NCBI GenBank assembly: GCA_963822035.1
Contig: CAWGGC010000006.1
Location: forward strand, 360,478 to 424,477
DNA: 64,000 nucleotides
From: an uncultured Alphaproteobacteria bacterium
GTDB lineage: Bacteria > Pseudomonadota > Alphaproteobacteria > Rhizobiales > Xanthobacteraceae
Direction of reading: 5' to 3'
The position numbers and the translations under genes were made by a program. Under the pieces are notes generated by a model. That model was not told the DNA's origin. It saw nothing but the letters and a program-made list of their open reading frames with translations, and ran no database searches. Below are positions 1 through 10,560 of this stretch, piece by piece (position 1 is the stretch's first letter; each line of letters begins with the position of its first letter).

Positions 1-521
1 CCTGGAAGACGGTCTACGACAACGTCGCCTACGGCCTGCGCATGGCGGGCGCCAGCAAGGCCGAGGTCGACCGCAAGGTGCCGGAATTCATCCGCCTGGT
101 CGGGCTTGCCGGCTTCGAGAAGTCATTCCCCTACCAGATTTCCGGCGGCATGCAGCAGCGCTGCGGGCTCGCGCGCGCGCTCGCCGTCGAGCCGAACGTG
201 CTGCTGATGGACGAGCCGTTCGCCGCCGTCGACGCGCAGACCCGCGAGATTCTGCAATTCGAACTGCTGCGCATCTGGGAACAGCGGCCGACGGCGATGA
301 TCTTCGTCACCCATTCGATCGAGGAAGCGGTGCTGCTCGGCCACCGCGTCATCGTGCTCAAGGGACGGCCGTCGAGCATCCACGAAGTGATCACCATCGA
401 CTTGCCGCACCCGCGGACGCGGGCAACGCTGCAGGAGCCGCGCTTTGCCGAGCTGCGTGAACGCGTCTGGTCGACGCTGATGCGGGAGGCGCGGGAGGCT
501 GAATTCAAGATCGAACGCTAG
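1..521 (+). CDS. NitT/TauT-family ABC transporter ATP-binding protein (5'-truncated by window)
   Basis: ABC signature ISGGMQQR, Walker B/D-loop LLMDEPFAAVD, H-loop FVTHS. Confidence 0.93.
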   Translation, partial: WKTVYDNVAYGLRMAGASKAEVDRKVPEFIRLVGLAGFEKSFPYQISGGMQQRCGLARALAVEPNVLLMDEPFAAVDAQTREILQFELLRIWEQRPTAMIFVTHSIEEAVLLGHRVIVLKGRPSSIHEVITIDLPHPRTRATLQEPRFAELRERVWSTLMREAREAEFKIER

Positions 522-550
522 AACAGGTTCAAAAATAAAGGGAGGATTCA

Positions 551-1555
551 ATGATCCGAAAGACCGCAAGACTTCTGGCCGGGGCGGGCGTCGCCTTCGC
601 CCTGCTCGCCGCGCCGGCCGTGCCGGCGCTGGCCGCCGACACCATCACCATGGCGACCCCAGGCATTCCGCCGATCTACTCAGTGATGATCGCCTACGTC
701 GCGGACAAGGAAGGCTTCTTCAAGAAGCACGGCGTTAACGTGACGATCCGTCCGTTCGACAACGGCACCGCCGCCGCCCGCGCCGTGGTCGCCGGCGACG
801 CCGACGTGTCGTGGTCGCCGACGCCTCCGGTGATCAACCAGATATCCAACGCCGGCGTACCTCTGGTCGCGATCTACGGCATGCCAAACCCGGACTGGGT
901 GATCGGCAGCATCCAAAGCGGCAAGACCTGCAAGGACCTCAAGGGTCAGGAAGTCGGCGTCGACTCGGTGGGCGGCGCACGCTCGGTGGCGTTGCGCTCG
1001 ATGCTGACCGGCTGCCCAGAAGTCAAGATTGACGACGTCAAGCAAGTCGCACTCGGCTCCGGCACCGCCGCGGCCATGATCGCGGGTAAGCTGACTTATG
1101 GCGTGCTGCACCTCGACGACCTCGCCGAACTCAAGGTGCAGGGCAAATCGGTCGACGTGCTGCTGCGTCAGAAGGAGACCAGCCCGAACAGCCACTACCT
1201 GATGCTGGTGGCGCGCAAGGACAACCTCGCCAAGAAGCGTGACGCCATGGTGCGCACGGTCGCGGCTCTGATCGATACCGCGCACTTCATGGCCGATCCG
1301 AAGAACGCCGACGCGGTCGCCAAGATCGCGACCGTCACCGGCCACACCGAGGCGGTCGCCAAGGAGGCGCTCAAGGAGTTCCTCGCCATCAACTTCTGGG
1401 CGCAGACCGACGACGGCCTGCCCAAGGACAAGCTCGAAGCCACCGCCAAGCTGATGAAGAAGATCGGCGCCATCAAGCCCGACAAGGAGCCGGTGAGCTA
1501 CGCGCAGCTCGTCGACCCCAGCGTCTGGAAAGACGCCAACGCGATGGCGAAGTGA
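551..1555 (+). CDS. ABC transporter substrate-binding protein, NMT1/SsuA/THI5-like
   Basis: GGAGG RBS; signal peptide ending ALA-AD; YVADKEGFFKKHGVNV motif; operon context. Confidence 0.88.
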   Translation: MIRKTARLLAGAGVAFALLAAPAVPALAADTITMATPGIPPIYSVMIAYVADKEGFFKKHGVNVTIRPFDNGTAAARAVVAGDADVSWSPTPPVINQISNAGVPLVAIYGMPNPDWVIGSIQSGKTCKDLKGQEVGVDSVGGARSVALRSMLTGCPEVKIDDVKQVALGSGTAAAMIAGKLTYGVLHLDDLAELKVQGKSVDVLLRQKETSPNSHYLMLVARKDNLAKKRDAMVRTVAALIDTAHFMADPKNADAVAKIATVTGHTEAVAKEALKEFLAINFWAQTDDGLPKDKLEATAKLMKKIGAIKPDKEPVSYAQLVDPSVWKDANAMAK

Positions 1556-1627
1556 GCTGAACGACCTCCCGAGGGCCGCGCTTCGTGCGCGGCCCTCGAA
1601 GGGCGGCCGCCAACCAAGGACGATCGC

Positions 1628-2377
1628 GTGAACGCTTATATCCGCTACCAGCTGCCGTTCTGGATCAGCCTCGCCGTCGGCATCGCCGCCTGGGAGATCG
1701 CCGGACGTTTGAGCAGCCCCGCCTTCATGGTGCCGTTCTCGGAAACGCTGGTGCGGCTATGGCAATTGGTGGCGAGCGGCGAATTCATCCGCGAGTTCAT
1801 CTCCTCGGCTGAACTGTTCCTCACCGGTTTCGTGCTGGCGCTGGTCATCGGCATGCCGTTCGGCATGCTGCTTGCGCGCGTGCGCACGCTGCGGGTCGGC
1901 ATCGAGCCGTACCTCATGATCATTTACGCCACGCCGATGGTGGCGCTGATCCCGTTCATCCTGTCGATGATGGGCTTCGGCTTCGCGCCCAAGGTGCTGG
2001 TGGTGTTCCTGTTCGCGGTGTTCCCGGTGATCTACAACACCGTCGAAGGCGCGCGCAGCATCAAGCCGGAATTGCTCGAGGTCGCGCACTCCTATCGCTC
2101 CAACGAATGGGCGCTGTGGCGCGAAGTGCTGCTGCCCTATACGCTGCCCTACGCCATGACCGGGGTGCGCCAGGCGATCGGCCGGGCGCTGGTCGGCATG
2201 ATCGCCGCCGAATTCTTCCTGAGCTCGACCGGCCTCGGCCAGCTCATCATGAGCGCCTCGCAGAACTTCGATACCGGCGGGGTGTTTGCGTCGATCTTCG
2301 TCATTGCGCTGATCGGCATCGGCCTGATGCGGATCGGCCTCAAGATCGAGCAGCACTTCGCCCGGTGGAGGCAGTAG
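1628..2377 (+). CDS. ABC transporter permease (NitT/TauT)
   Basis: Multiple hydrophobic segments; EAA-like loop LLEVAHSY; MIAAEFF motif. Confidence 0.9.
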   Translation: MNAYIRYQLPFWISLAVGIAAWEIAGRLSSPAFMVPFSETLVRLWQLVASGEFIREFISSAELFLTGFVLALVIGMPFGMLLARVRTLRVGIEPYLMIIYATPMVALIPFILSMMGFGFAPKVLVVFLFAVFPVIYNTVEGARSIKPELLEVAHSYRSNEWALWREVLLPYTLPYAMTGVRQAIGRALVGMIAAEFFLSSTGLGQLIMSASQNFDTGGVFASIFVIALIGIGLMRIGLKIEQHFARWRQ

Positions 2378-2378
2378 C

Positions 2379-2423
2379 GCATGATCCCGAAAAGTGGGCA
2401 CCGGTTTTCGGACAAGATCATGC
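2379..2423. repeat. 45-nt palindromic intergenic repeat, family E (resembles rhizobial RIME/Bru-RS type)
   Basis: gcatgatcccgaaaagtgggcaccggttttcggacaagatcatgc; terminal inverted repeat gcatgatc/gatcatgc; second copy at 49954-49998. Confidence 0.85.
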
Positions 2424-2438
2424 ACCGGGAAAAAAGGC

Positions 2439-3260
2439 ATGACTGAATCCACCATCAGCACCCCTGCTCCCACGCTTGCAGCCGCCGGCAGCAAGGCGGA
2501 AGCGCGCAGCAGCGGCACTTTCGTGCCGCGGCTGGTGACCGGCCTCGTCATCCTGCTGGTGTGGGAGATCGTGGTGCGGATGGCGGCGCCGGCCTATGTC
2601 GCCAAGCCCAGCACCGTGGTGATGGCGTTCCCGCACGTCATCGTCGATCCGGCGTTCCTTTCCGCGACCGGCGACACGCTGCTCGCGGTTGCCGAGGGCC
2701 TGATCATTTCGCTCGTCGCCGGCACCATCATCGGGCTCGGCATGGGCCGCGTGCCGGCGGTCGAGCGGGCGCTGCGCCACTACGTCAACAGCTTCTATGC
2801 CATGCCGATGATCGTGGTGCTGCCGCTGTTCTCGCTGTGGTTCGGCTATTCCGGCGCGACCCGCATCGCCACCATCATCTTCGCCGCGATGTTTTCCATC
2901 ATCATCAACGTCGCCGACGGCGCCCGCTCGGTGCCGCGCGAATTCCTCGAAGTGGCGCGCTCGTTCCGCGGCAGCCGCCTGCGCGGCCTGATCGAGATCG
3001 TGCTGCCGGCGTCGACGCCCTACCTGCTCGCCGGCTTGCGGCTTGCCGGCGGCCGCGCCCTGATCGGCGCGGTGGTGGCGGAGTTCTTTGTCTCCATCGG
3101 CGGCCTCGGCATGTACATCCTCTACAACTCGCGTTCCTACCACCACGCCGAGGCTTTCGTCGGTGTCGTCTTCCTCGCCGCCTTCGGCCTCGGCTTCGAG
3201 ATGCTGATCAACTGGACCACGCGGCGCTACATGCCGTGGTACCGGCGCGAAACCAACTGA
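2439..3260 (+). CDS. ABC transporter permease (second)
   Basis: Paralogue of the previous permease (FLEVARSF, VVAEFF); ATG at 2439 lies just after the repeat. Confidence 0.88.
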   Translation: MTESTISTPAPTLAAAGSKAEARSSGTFVPRLVTGLVILLVWEIVVRMAAPAYVAKPSTVVMAFPHVIVDPAFLSATGDTLLAVAEGLIISLVAGTIIGLGMGRVPAVERALRHYVNSFYAMPMIVVLPLFSLWFGYSGATRIATIIFAAMFSIIINVADGARSVPREFLEVARSFRGSRLRGLIEIVLPASTPYLLAGLRLAGGRALIGAVVAEFFVSIGGLGMYILYNSRSYHHAEAFVGVVFLAAFGLGFEMLINWTTRRYMPWYRRETN

Positions 3261-3292
3261 ACCCCGCCACCGCAACCAAAGCAGTCAGTCCC

Positions 3293-4355
3293 ATGTCATC
3301 CGATCCCCGCATCAAGGCGGCCATTTCCCATTGGGGGCCGCGCTTCGTCGCCAACGGCGTCACCTTGACCGACTTCGAGGAAGTCACCGCGTCGATCGAC
3401 AGCTACGACGACTGGTGCCGCGCCTGGTGCGAACGTGCCGCCGTCCACGAGCAGATGGGCCGCGAGGAGCTCGCCGCCAAGCACCTGCTCACCGCCGGCG
3501 AGTGCCTGCAGCGCGCCGGCGTGTACTACCACTTCGCCTCGTTCCTGTTCGTCAACGACGTCGCGCAGATGAAGGCCGCGCACAAGAAGCAGATCGAGTG
3601 CCGGCAACTGGCGCTGCCCTATCTCATGCCGCCGGGCGAGCGCGTCGAAATCCCGTACCAGGGCAAGACGCTCGCCGGCATCCTGCGCAAGCCGGCCGGC
3701 GTCGCGAAGCCGCCGGTGCTGGTGATGGCGGTCGGCCTCGACTTCGACCAAGGAGGAGACCGATATCTTCGAGATGCCGTTCCTCAACCGCGGCATCGCC
3801 ACGCTGGTGTTCGAGGGCCCGGGCCAGGGTGAAGGGCAATACGACTTTGCCATCCGCGGCGACTACGAGGTGCCGGTCGGCGCCGTGCTCGATTACGTCG
3901 AGACGCGGCGCGACCTCGACACCAAGCGCATCGGTATGTGGGGCATCAGCCTCGGCGGCTATTACGCGCCGCGCGCCGCCGCGTTCGACAAGCGCATCAA
4001 GGCGTGTCTGGCGCTCGGCGGTCCGTTCAACTGGGCCGAGGCCTGGGACGGCCTGCCGGAACTGACGCGCGAGGCCTTCCGCGTGCGCAGCCACTGCAAG
4101 ACACAGGACGAAGCGCGCAAGAACGCCGCGACGCTTTCGCTCGACGGCGTGGCGCAGAAGATCACCTGCCCCATTTTCATCCTTAACGGCCGGCTCGACC
4201 GCATCGTGCCGGCGAAGGACTCCGAGCGGCTGGCGCGCGAGGTCAAGGGCCCCGTCACGCTGCTGATGGTCGAGGACGGCAGCCACGTCGCCACCAACCG
4301 CGGCTGGCGCTGGCGCTCGCCGACGGCCGATTGGCTGGCGGAGCAGCTTAGATAA
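3293..4355 (+). CDS. Alpha/beta hydrolase, 2,6-dihydroxypseudooxynicotine-hydrolase-like; frameshift near 3743
   Basis: Nucleophile elbow GISLGGYYA; EGPGQGE motif; the expected GLDSTKEE is broken by an extra T (gacttcgacc), probably a sequencing indel. Confidence 0.75.
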
Positions 4356-5534
4356 CCGCGGAAACCACGCGGAGATCGTGTGCAGCCGCTCGATCCCGCA
4401 TTGTCACGGGATCACCATCATTTCTCCGGTCTGAACGCCCGCCTTGCGGTCAGGCGTCACCACGTTGGGCTGCACCACCACGACCTGGCCGGCGCGGAAC
4501 GGCACCTGCGGGCACCGGGGCGGAGGGGCGGTTGGTGCAGCCGAGGACAGGCGGCAGGTAGCCGCCGCCATAGCCATGCAACAGATCGTCGATGATGGTG
4601 AAGCCCGCGTCCTCGATGACGCGTGAGGCCTCGATCACCTGCGCCGGCATAGCGCCGGCCTTCAGCACCGCGTGATGGCGTCGAAGGCGGCGTCGGCCGC
4701 CGCGTGCAGGTCGCGGTAAAGCGGCGTCGGCTCGCCCGAGCGCGAAACGAGCGCAGCACCTGGCCCGGATAGTCCCAGAACGTCGCGGTGATCTCGGCGA
4801 CCACCACGTCGCCCTTCTGCACCTTGCGCGTCAGCGGAAATTGCCGCGGCACGCCGAGATCGGGCGCGCCCATCGACGTGACGCCGATGTAGTGGATGAA
4901 ATTGACGGCGCCGTGCCTGACGTAGGCGCGCTCGATCAGATCGTCGAGCTCGCGCTCGCTCAAGCCGGGCTTCAAGCCGTCGCGCAAGCCCGCCATGCCG
5001 AGATCGGTGAAATGCGCGCCGATGCGCAGCCAGTCGATCTCCTCCTCGGATTTGACCTGACGGTGGCCGCGTGTAGGCTTTGTTCAGGCTTTTCGGTGGG
5101 CCGAACGCGGCGGCGATCACCGCGTGCTGGTCGGCCGACAGCGGGCCGATGGTGGCGACGCGGCCGCTTCTGGCGCCGCGCTTCTTCAAGACCGCAACCG
5201 CCGAAGCGATCGAGGACTCGCCGCCCCAGGCGACATCGGCCTGGTCGGCGATGATCGAGGCCTGCGGCTGGTGGTTGATCCACTGCACGAACAGCGCGTC
5301 GCGCAGCCCCGGCGTGAACACGCCGACCGCCTCCGCGGTCACCGGCCATTGCGTCAAATACTGCACGATCGAGCCGGCGCGGTTGGCGCCGCAGAACACG
5401 AGATGATCGCACTGCGCCTCGACCAGCAGCGCTTCGACCGCGGCGCGGTGCCGCACCATTTCAGCGCGTGGAAAAGCGCGGAAAACTCGGCGTCGACGAT
5501 GCCGGGAAACGAGATGCGGGAGGCGAAGCGCCAT
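4348..5534 (-). CDS. M24 (pita-bread fold) peptidase/creatinase-like enzyme; several frameshifts, ends approximate
   Basis: Fragments in different frames: AEMVRHRAAVEALL, KSEEEIDWLR, GLSEREL, YPGQVLRSF, LLHGYGGGYLPP. Confidence 0.65.
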
Positions 5535-5991
5535 CATCGCCTTCTTCGGCAACGCCACGATCATGTCGAGCTCGATGCGCGCGCCCGGCGACGACAACTG
5601 GTTGATGCACACCGTGGTGCTCGCCGGCTTCCAGTCGCCGAAATACTTGTGCATGGTCTTGTGCATGGCGTCGGCGTCGCGGAAGTCGGTCAGGTACTTC
5701 GTCACCTTGACGACGTCGCGCCAGCTCGCGCCGGTCTCGTCGAGGACCGACTTGATCGCCTCCATCGCGCGCGTCGGTCTGCTCCTCGATCGAATGCGGA
5801 TGCACATGCTCGGCGTCGACATGCGGGTGCTTGTGGTAGAGCGGCGACGGCGTCGCGCCGGACAGGAACATCAGGTCGCAGGCGCCGACGATGCGCACCG
5901 CCGGCGCGTAAGGCATGGTGTGCGCCTCCTCCGGCTTGGGGTGCACCGGCTCGAGGCGGAACGTCTGCTGCGGCTTCTCCATCACGGTCAT
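5534..5991 (-). CDS. RidA/YjgF/UK114-family protein; frameshift near 5770, 3' end approximate
   Basis: MPYAPAVRI, MFLSGAT, IEEQT, VVKVTKYLTD, WKPASTTVCI...ARIELDMIVA. Confidence 0.8.
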
Positions 5992-6133
5992 GGCGGCCTT
6001 CCCTTCGCGCATGACTGACCGCGCGCCATTTGCGGCTGAAACGGCGCCCGAAGCAACGCGTCCTGCTCGGCGCGACTCGGTTGATCGCAGCGCGGGAAAC
6101 GCTAACGTGCGCCGCCGAGCCAGGAGAGCCCCC

Positions 6134-7479
6134 ATGCCTTCCACGATCCTCGATTCCGCGGTGTTCCGCGACATTTTCACCACGCGGCCATGCGCGCAGG
6201 TGTGGTCGGACGAGAACCGGGTGCAGAAATATCTCGACATCGAGGCGGCGCTGGCGCGGGCGCAGGCGCGGCTCGGCATCATCCCGAAGGAGGCCGGCGA
6301 CGAGATCGTCAAGCACTGCGACGCAAGCAAATCGACATGGCGAAACTCAAGGCGGCGACCGAGCGCATCGGCTATCCGGTGCTGCCGGTGGTGCAGCAGC
6401 TCGTCAAGCTGTGCAAGGACGGCCTCGGCGAATGGTGCCATTGGGGCGCGACCACGCAGGACATCACCGACACCGCGACGGTGATGCAGATCCGCGAGGC
6501 GCTCGACATCGTCGGGAAGGAGCTCGACGGCATCTGCGACGGCGCTCGCCGCGCTGGCGAAGAAATATCGCGACACGCCGATGGCCGGCCGCAGCAACCT
6601 GCAGCAGGCGGTGCCGATCACCTTCGGCTACAAGATGGCGACCATGCTCGCCGCCTTCGAGCGGCACCGCGAGCGGCTGCGCAACTCAAGCCGCGCGTGC
6701 TGGTCGGCGAATTCGGCGGCGCCGCCGGCACGCTGTCCTCGCTCGGCAAGGACGGCCTCAAGGTGCAGGCCGAGCTGATGAAGGAGCTCAAGCTCGGCCA
6801 GCCGGCGATCTCCTGGCACACGGTGCGCGACTGCATCGCCGAGGTCGGCTGCTTCCTCGGCCTCGTCACCGGCTCCTGCGGCAAGATCGCCTTCGACGTG
6901 AAGCTGTTGATGCAGACCGAAGTCGAAGAGGTCTACGAGCCGTTCCACGAGGGCCGCGGCTCGTCCTCCACCATGCCGCAGAAGCGCAACCCGATCTCCT
7001 CGGTCTACATCACCGCGCAGACGGCGATGGTGAAGCAGCTCGCCGCCGCGCTGCTCGAAGCGATGGTCGAGGACCACGAGCGCGCCACCGGCCGTGGGAG
7101 ATCGAGTGGATCGCGCTGCCGGAAATCTTCATGCTGTCGGCCGGCGCGCTGGCGCAGACGCGATTCGTGGTGACGGCCTGCAGGTGAACGAAAAGAAGAT
7201 GCGCGAGAACCTCGACATCACCAAGGGCCTGATCATGTCGGAGGCGGTGATGATGGGGCTCGGCGCCGCGATGGGGCGCAACAGGCGCACGATGTCGTCT
7301 ACGACGTCTGCCGCGAGGTGGTGAAGACCGGGCGGCCGCTGATCGACCTGCTCGACGAGGACAAGGAGATCAGCAAGCACGTCGACCGCAAGGAGCTGGA
7401 GAAGCTGGTCGATCCGGCGAATTATCTCGGCGTCGCCGGCGAGATGGTCGACCGCGTGCTGAAGTTGCGGAAGAAGTAA
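6134..7479 (+). CDS. Fumarase/aspartase-superfamily lyase (3-carboxy-cis,cis-muconate cycloisomerase / adenylosuccinate-lyase-like); several frameshifts
   Basis: GSSSTMPQKRNP signature; HWGATTQDITDTA; MAGRSNLQQAVPITFG; AGGAG RBS. Confidence 0.82.
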
Positions 7480-7537
7480 CCTCGCTCTGTGCCGTGAATC
7501 GACCCCCTCCGCGCCTTCGCGGGGACGCCAGCCACGT

Positions 7538-8804
7538 CTACTTCGGCATCGTCCGCCAGATCGCGACCGCGACGCCGAGCGTCGCCACGCCGATCAGCAA
7601 AAACAGCCCGGCACGGTCACGCCCAGGTTCTGCAACAGCGCGACCACAACCGTCGCGCCGGTCATGAAAGCGGCGTTGAGCACATTGACCGCGGCGACGT
7701 TGCGCGCGCGGTAGTCGGCGTCGACCAAGCCTGCACCGCGGCAAAGGCCGGCACGATGAACAGCCCGCCGGCGACGGCGAGGCCGAGAGATCGAAGGCGG
7801 CGCGCAAGCCGAGAGCCGAAGAAAATACCACGCCGGCCCGCGCGGCGATGTCGCGGCGGCACGCTCCAGAGCCGCAAAGCCGAGATCGAGCGCGAAAGCG
7901 CCGATCAGCAGCGCGCCGGCGACCGTGGTGCCGAGCACGATGCGCCCGCGCGCGATCGCCGCCGCCAGCCACGAGCCCGACGCCGACCGCGATCGAGAAC
8001 AGCGCGAGATAGACGGTCACGGTGTCCTCGTTGCCGCCGATCAGAATCCTTGATCAGCGGCGGCAGCAGCGACAGCACCACGATGCCGACGAGCCAGAAC
8101 CAGCTCGTCACCATCGCGCCCCACCACAGCCGCGCGTCGGCGCGCAGATGGCGGATCATCGCCCAGGTCGAGGCGGCGATGTTGGCGGAGACGCGCAAAT
8201 GCGGCGCGCCCTCCCCGCTCGGCGGAATGAGCAGCGCCGACGACCCAGCAGGCGAGCGCAAAGCCCATCAGCAGCGCGCGAAAAGCGCAACGTCGCGCCG
8301 CCGCCGCGCACGGCCAGGCCGCCGGCGATGGTGCCGGTCAGAATCGCGACGAAGGTCGCGCCTCGACCAGCGCGTTGGCGGCGGGCAACTGCTCGCGCGA
8401 GGTGGTCGGGCAGGATGCCGTATTTGATCGGCCCGAACAGCGCGGCGATGACGCCGAAGCCGGCGAGCGCGACGAACAGAATCGGCAGCGATTGACCGCG
8501 CATAGCCGGCGACCGCCAGCGCCGCGACAAAGATCTCGACGAATTTCAGCCACTGCGCCACGCGCGCCTTGTCGTAGCGGTCGGCAAGCTCGCCGCCGAG
8601 CGCCGACAGGAAGAAATAGGGCGCGATGAATATCGCGCTCGCCGGGGTGATCAGCGCTTCCGCGTCGCGCCGCCGCGGCGGAACAGGATGAGGAAGGCGA
8701 GCGCGGTCTTGAGGAAATTATCGTTGAATGCCGCGAAGAACTGGCAGCAGAACAGCGGCGCGAAGCGGCTGGACAGAAGCAGCGGCGGGCATGGCCGTCG
8801 GCAT
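7538..8804 (-). CDS. MFS transporter, LplT/Aas-associated type; heavily frameshifted
   Basis: RFAPLF..QFFAAFNDNFLK, GELADRYDKA, LFGPIKYGILP, SWFWLVG, GGLFIVPAFA, VAAVNVLNAAFM scattered over frames. Confidence 0.72.
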
Positions 8805-8874
8805 AGCGCGGCGCAAGAAAAAGGGGCGGCCCCGCCACAATTGAGCGGCCCTCAAGTCTGAGCTCAGACAAGTC

Positions 8875-8982
8875 TTATGGAGTTAAAGCCGGAATTCGGC
8901 CGCCCTTGGCCGAGTTGGCGACAATGGCGGCCAAACTTAAAGCGACAGCGACGACGGCAGTCACGGGAACAGCGATGCCCAC
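8875..8982 (-). CDS. Candidate 35-aa small membrane protein (not in ORF track)
   Basis: GAGGAGG upstream; GTG start gives MGIAVPVTAVVAVALSLAAIVANSAKGGRIPALTP; followed by a GC-rich imperfect hairpin and T-run (about 8817-8855). Confidence 0.45.
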   Translation of the reverse strand: MGIAVPVTAVVAVALSLAAIVANSAKGGRIPALTP

Positions 8983-9237
8983 ATGGCTAGACCCTCCTCG
9001 TTGGCGCGATTCTCCCGCGCGCTAAACGTTGCATTGCAACGCCGGCGGCGGCCGCTTCGTTCCCGGGTTCCCCCGCAAATTGAAAATTCCTTTGACGCCA
9101 AGGAGTTCCACAGGGGACCGGAATTAACCAAACGCGAATTATCAGGTAGCGGTGACCGGCCGGAAGCCACTGAAACTGCTATTATTTTGATGCACGGCTT
9201 TATTCTTGTTCCCATTTGAACTCAGCGATTTTCGGCG

Positions 9238-10560
9238 ATGAGAATTGGGCGGCCCGAGATCTACCGGAACGGCAAGGACGTTCGCTACCGCGTGCAGGTC
9301 GAGCGCGCGGACGGCAGCGGCAGCGAGCTTTATTACAGCCTGGCGAAGAGTTCCGCGGATTTGCTGACCGACAGCGCCGACGCGGCACTCGTCGCGCTGC
9401 TCATCCCGGCCATGGCCAAGGGCGAAGACATCCACATCGCCGGCTCGGTCTCCGAGCGGCTCTACTACAATTTGTCCGGACGCTGCCAGAAACTGTTTCA
9501 GACCGTCATTCCGTCGCTGCAGCGGATCGAAATTCACCCGGAAAAACTATGCACCGGCGGGCGCCGCGCATCCGGCGTCGCCACCGGTTTTTCCGGCGGC
9601 ATCGATTCCAACTACGTGCTCGCCGATCATTTTTTCGGCAAGGCGCCGAAGCGATTTAGAATCACGCATCTGCTCTAAAACAATGTCGGCTCGCATCGCG
9701 CCAACGGCGAGCGGCTGTTTCGGCAGCGTTATGCCCGACACAAAGAGACCGCGGACAAGATCGGCCTACCGCTGATCTGGATCAGTTCGAACGTCAGCGC
9801 CTTCTATACGGGCTTCGAATTCCAAATGACGCACACGCAGCGCAACCTCTCCGCAGCGCTGCTGCTGCAGAGGGAGATCGGCCGGTTCATGTATGCGTCC
9901 ACCTACTCCTACCGGCAGACCCATATCGCGCCGAGCTACGACATCGCCTACAGCGACGTCGCCAGCCTGCCGCTGTTGTCGACCGAGACGTTGGACGCCT
10001 TCTCGGTCGGCAGCGAGTGCACGCGGGTCGAGAAGACCCTGCGCATCGCCGACATTGCCGACACCTGGAACACGCTCGACGTCTGCGCCCACGACGGCGG
10101 CGATCACGGGATCAATTGCTCGAAATGCAAGAAGTGCATGCGGACGTTGCTGACGCTGGATGCCGCCGGATTGCTCGACCGCTACGCCGAGTGCTTCGAT
10201 CTCGACCTCTACCGCAGCTCGCGCGACAGCTACGTCCGGCTTAATCTGCACACTAAAGATCCGTTGCTGCACGAAGTCTTCGACTTTGCCCGCCTCAACA
10301 AATTCCCGATTCCGGCACCGTCGCGGCTCTACGGCTTTAAGGACTACTTCGCGAAACTGGCGCCCGGCACGCTGCAACTGGCGCGAAATATAAAAAGGGC
10401 GCTCAAGCCCGTACGCATGAGGCCGGGATCCGGCCGGCCGGCCACGAGCGGCCTCGTCAGCAGCCCATCTTTGGCGCCGCAAACGGTTCAGGCGGAGCGG
10501 ATCGCCGATGCCAAATCAGCCAGCAGCAGGCGCAGGACGAGTTCACGGCACTCGATGTGA
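9238..10560 (+). pseudogene. PP-loop (SGGxDS) protein with C-x10-CxxCxxC cluster, QueC-like fold; in-frame TAA at 9676-9678
   Basis: ORFs 9238-9678 and 9826-10560 share a frame (ITHLL*NNVGSH); GFSGGIDS; DVC...NCSKCKKCMRT; AT-richer upstream region. Confidence 0.6.

Noticed and set aside
1566-1603. Hairpin after the substrate-binding gene as a terminator
   Set aside because: No U-tract and it lies inside an operon. It resembles a degenerate family D arm (gcggccctcgaagg), too decayed to list confidently.
4662-5822. Apparent RidA-M24 fusion ORF
   Set aside because: The junction (KKAMMALRLPHLVSRHRRRR) lies in an indel-dense zone and reads like out-of-frame sequence. Two overlapping genes are the simpler explanation.
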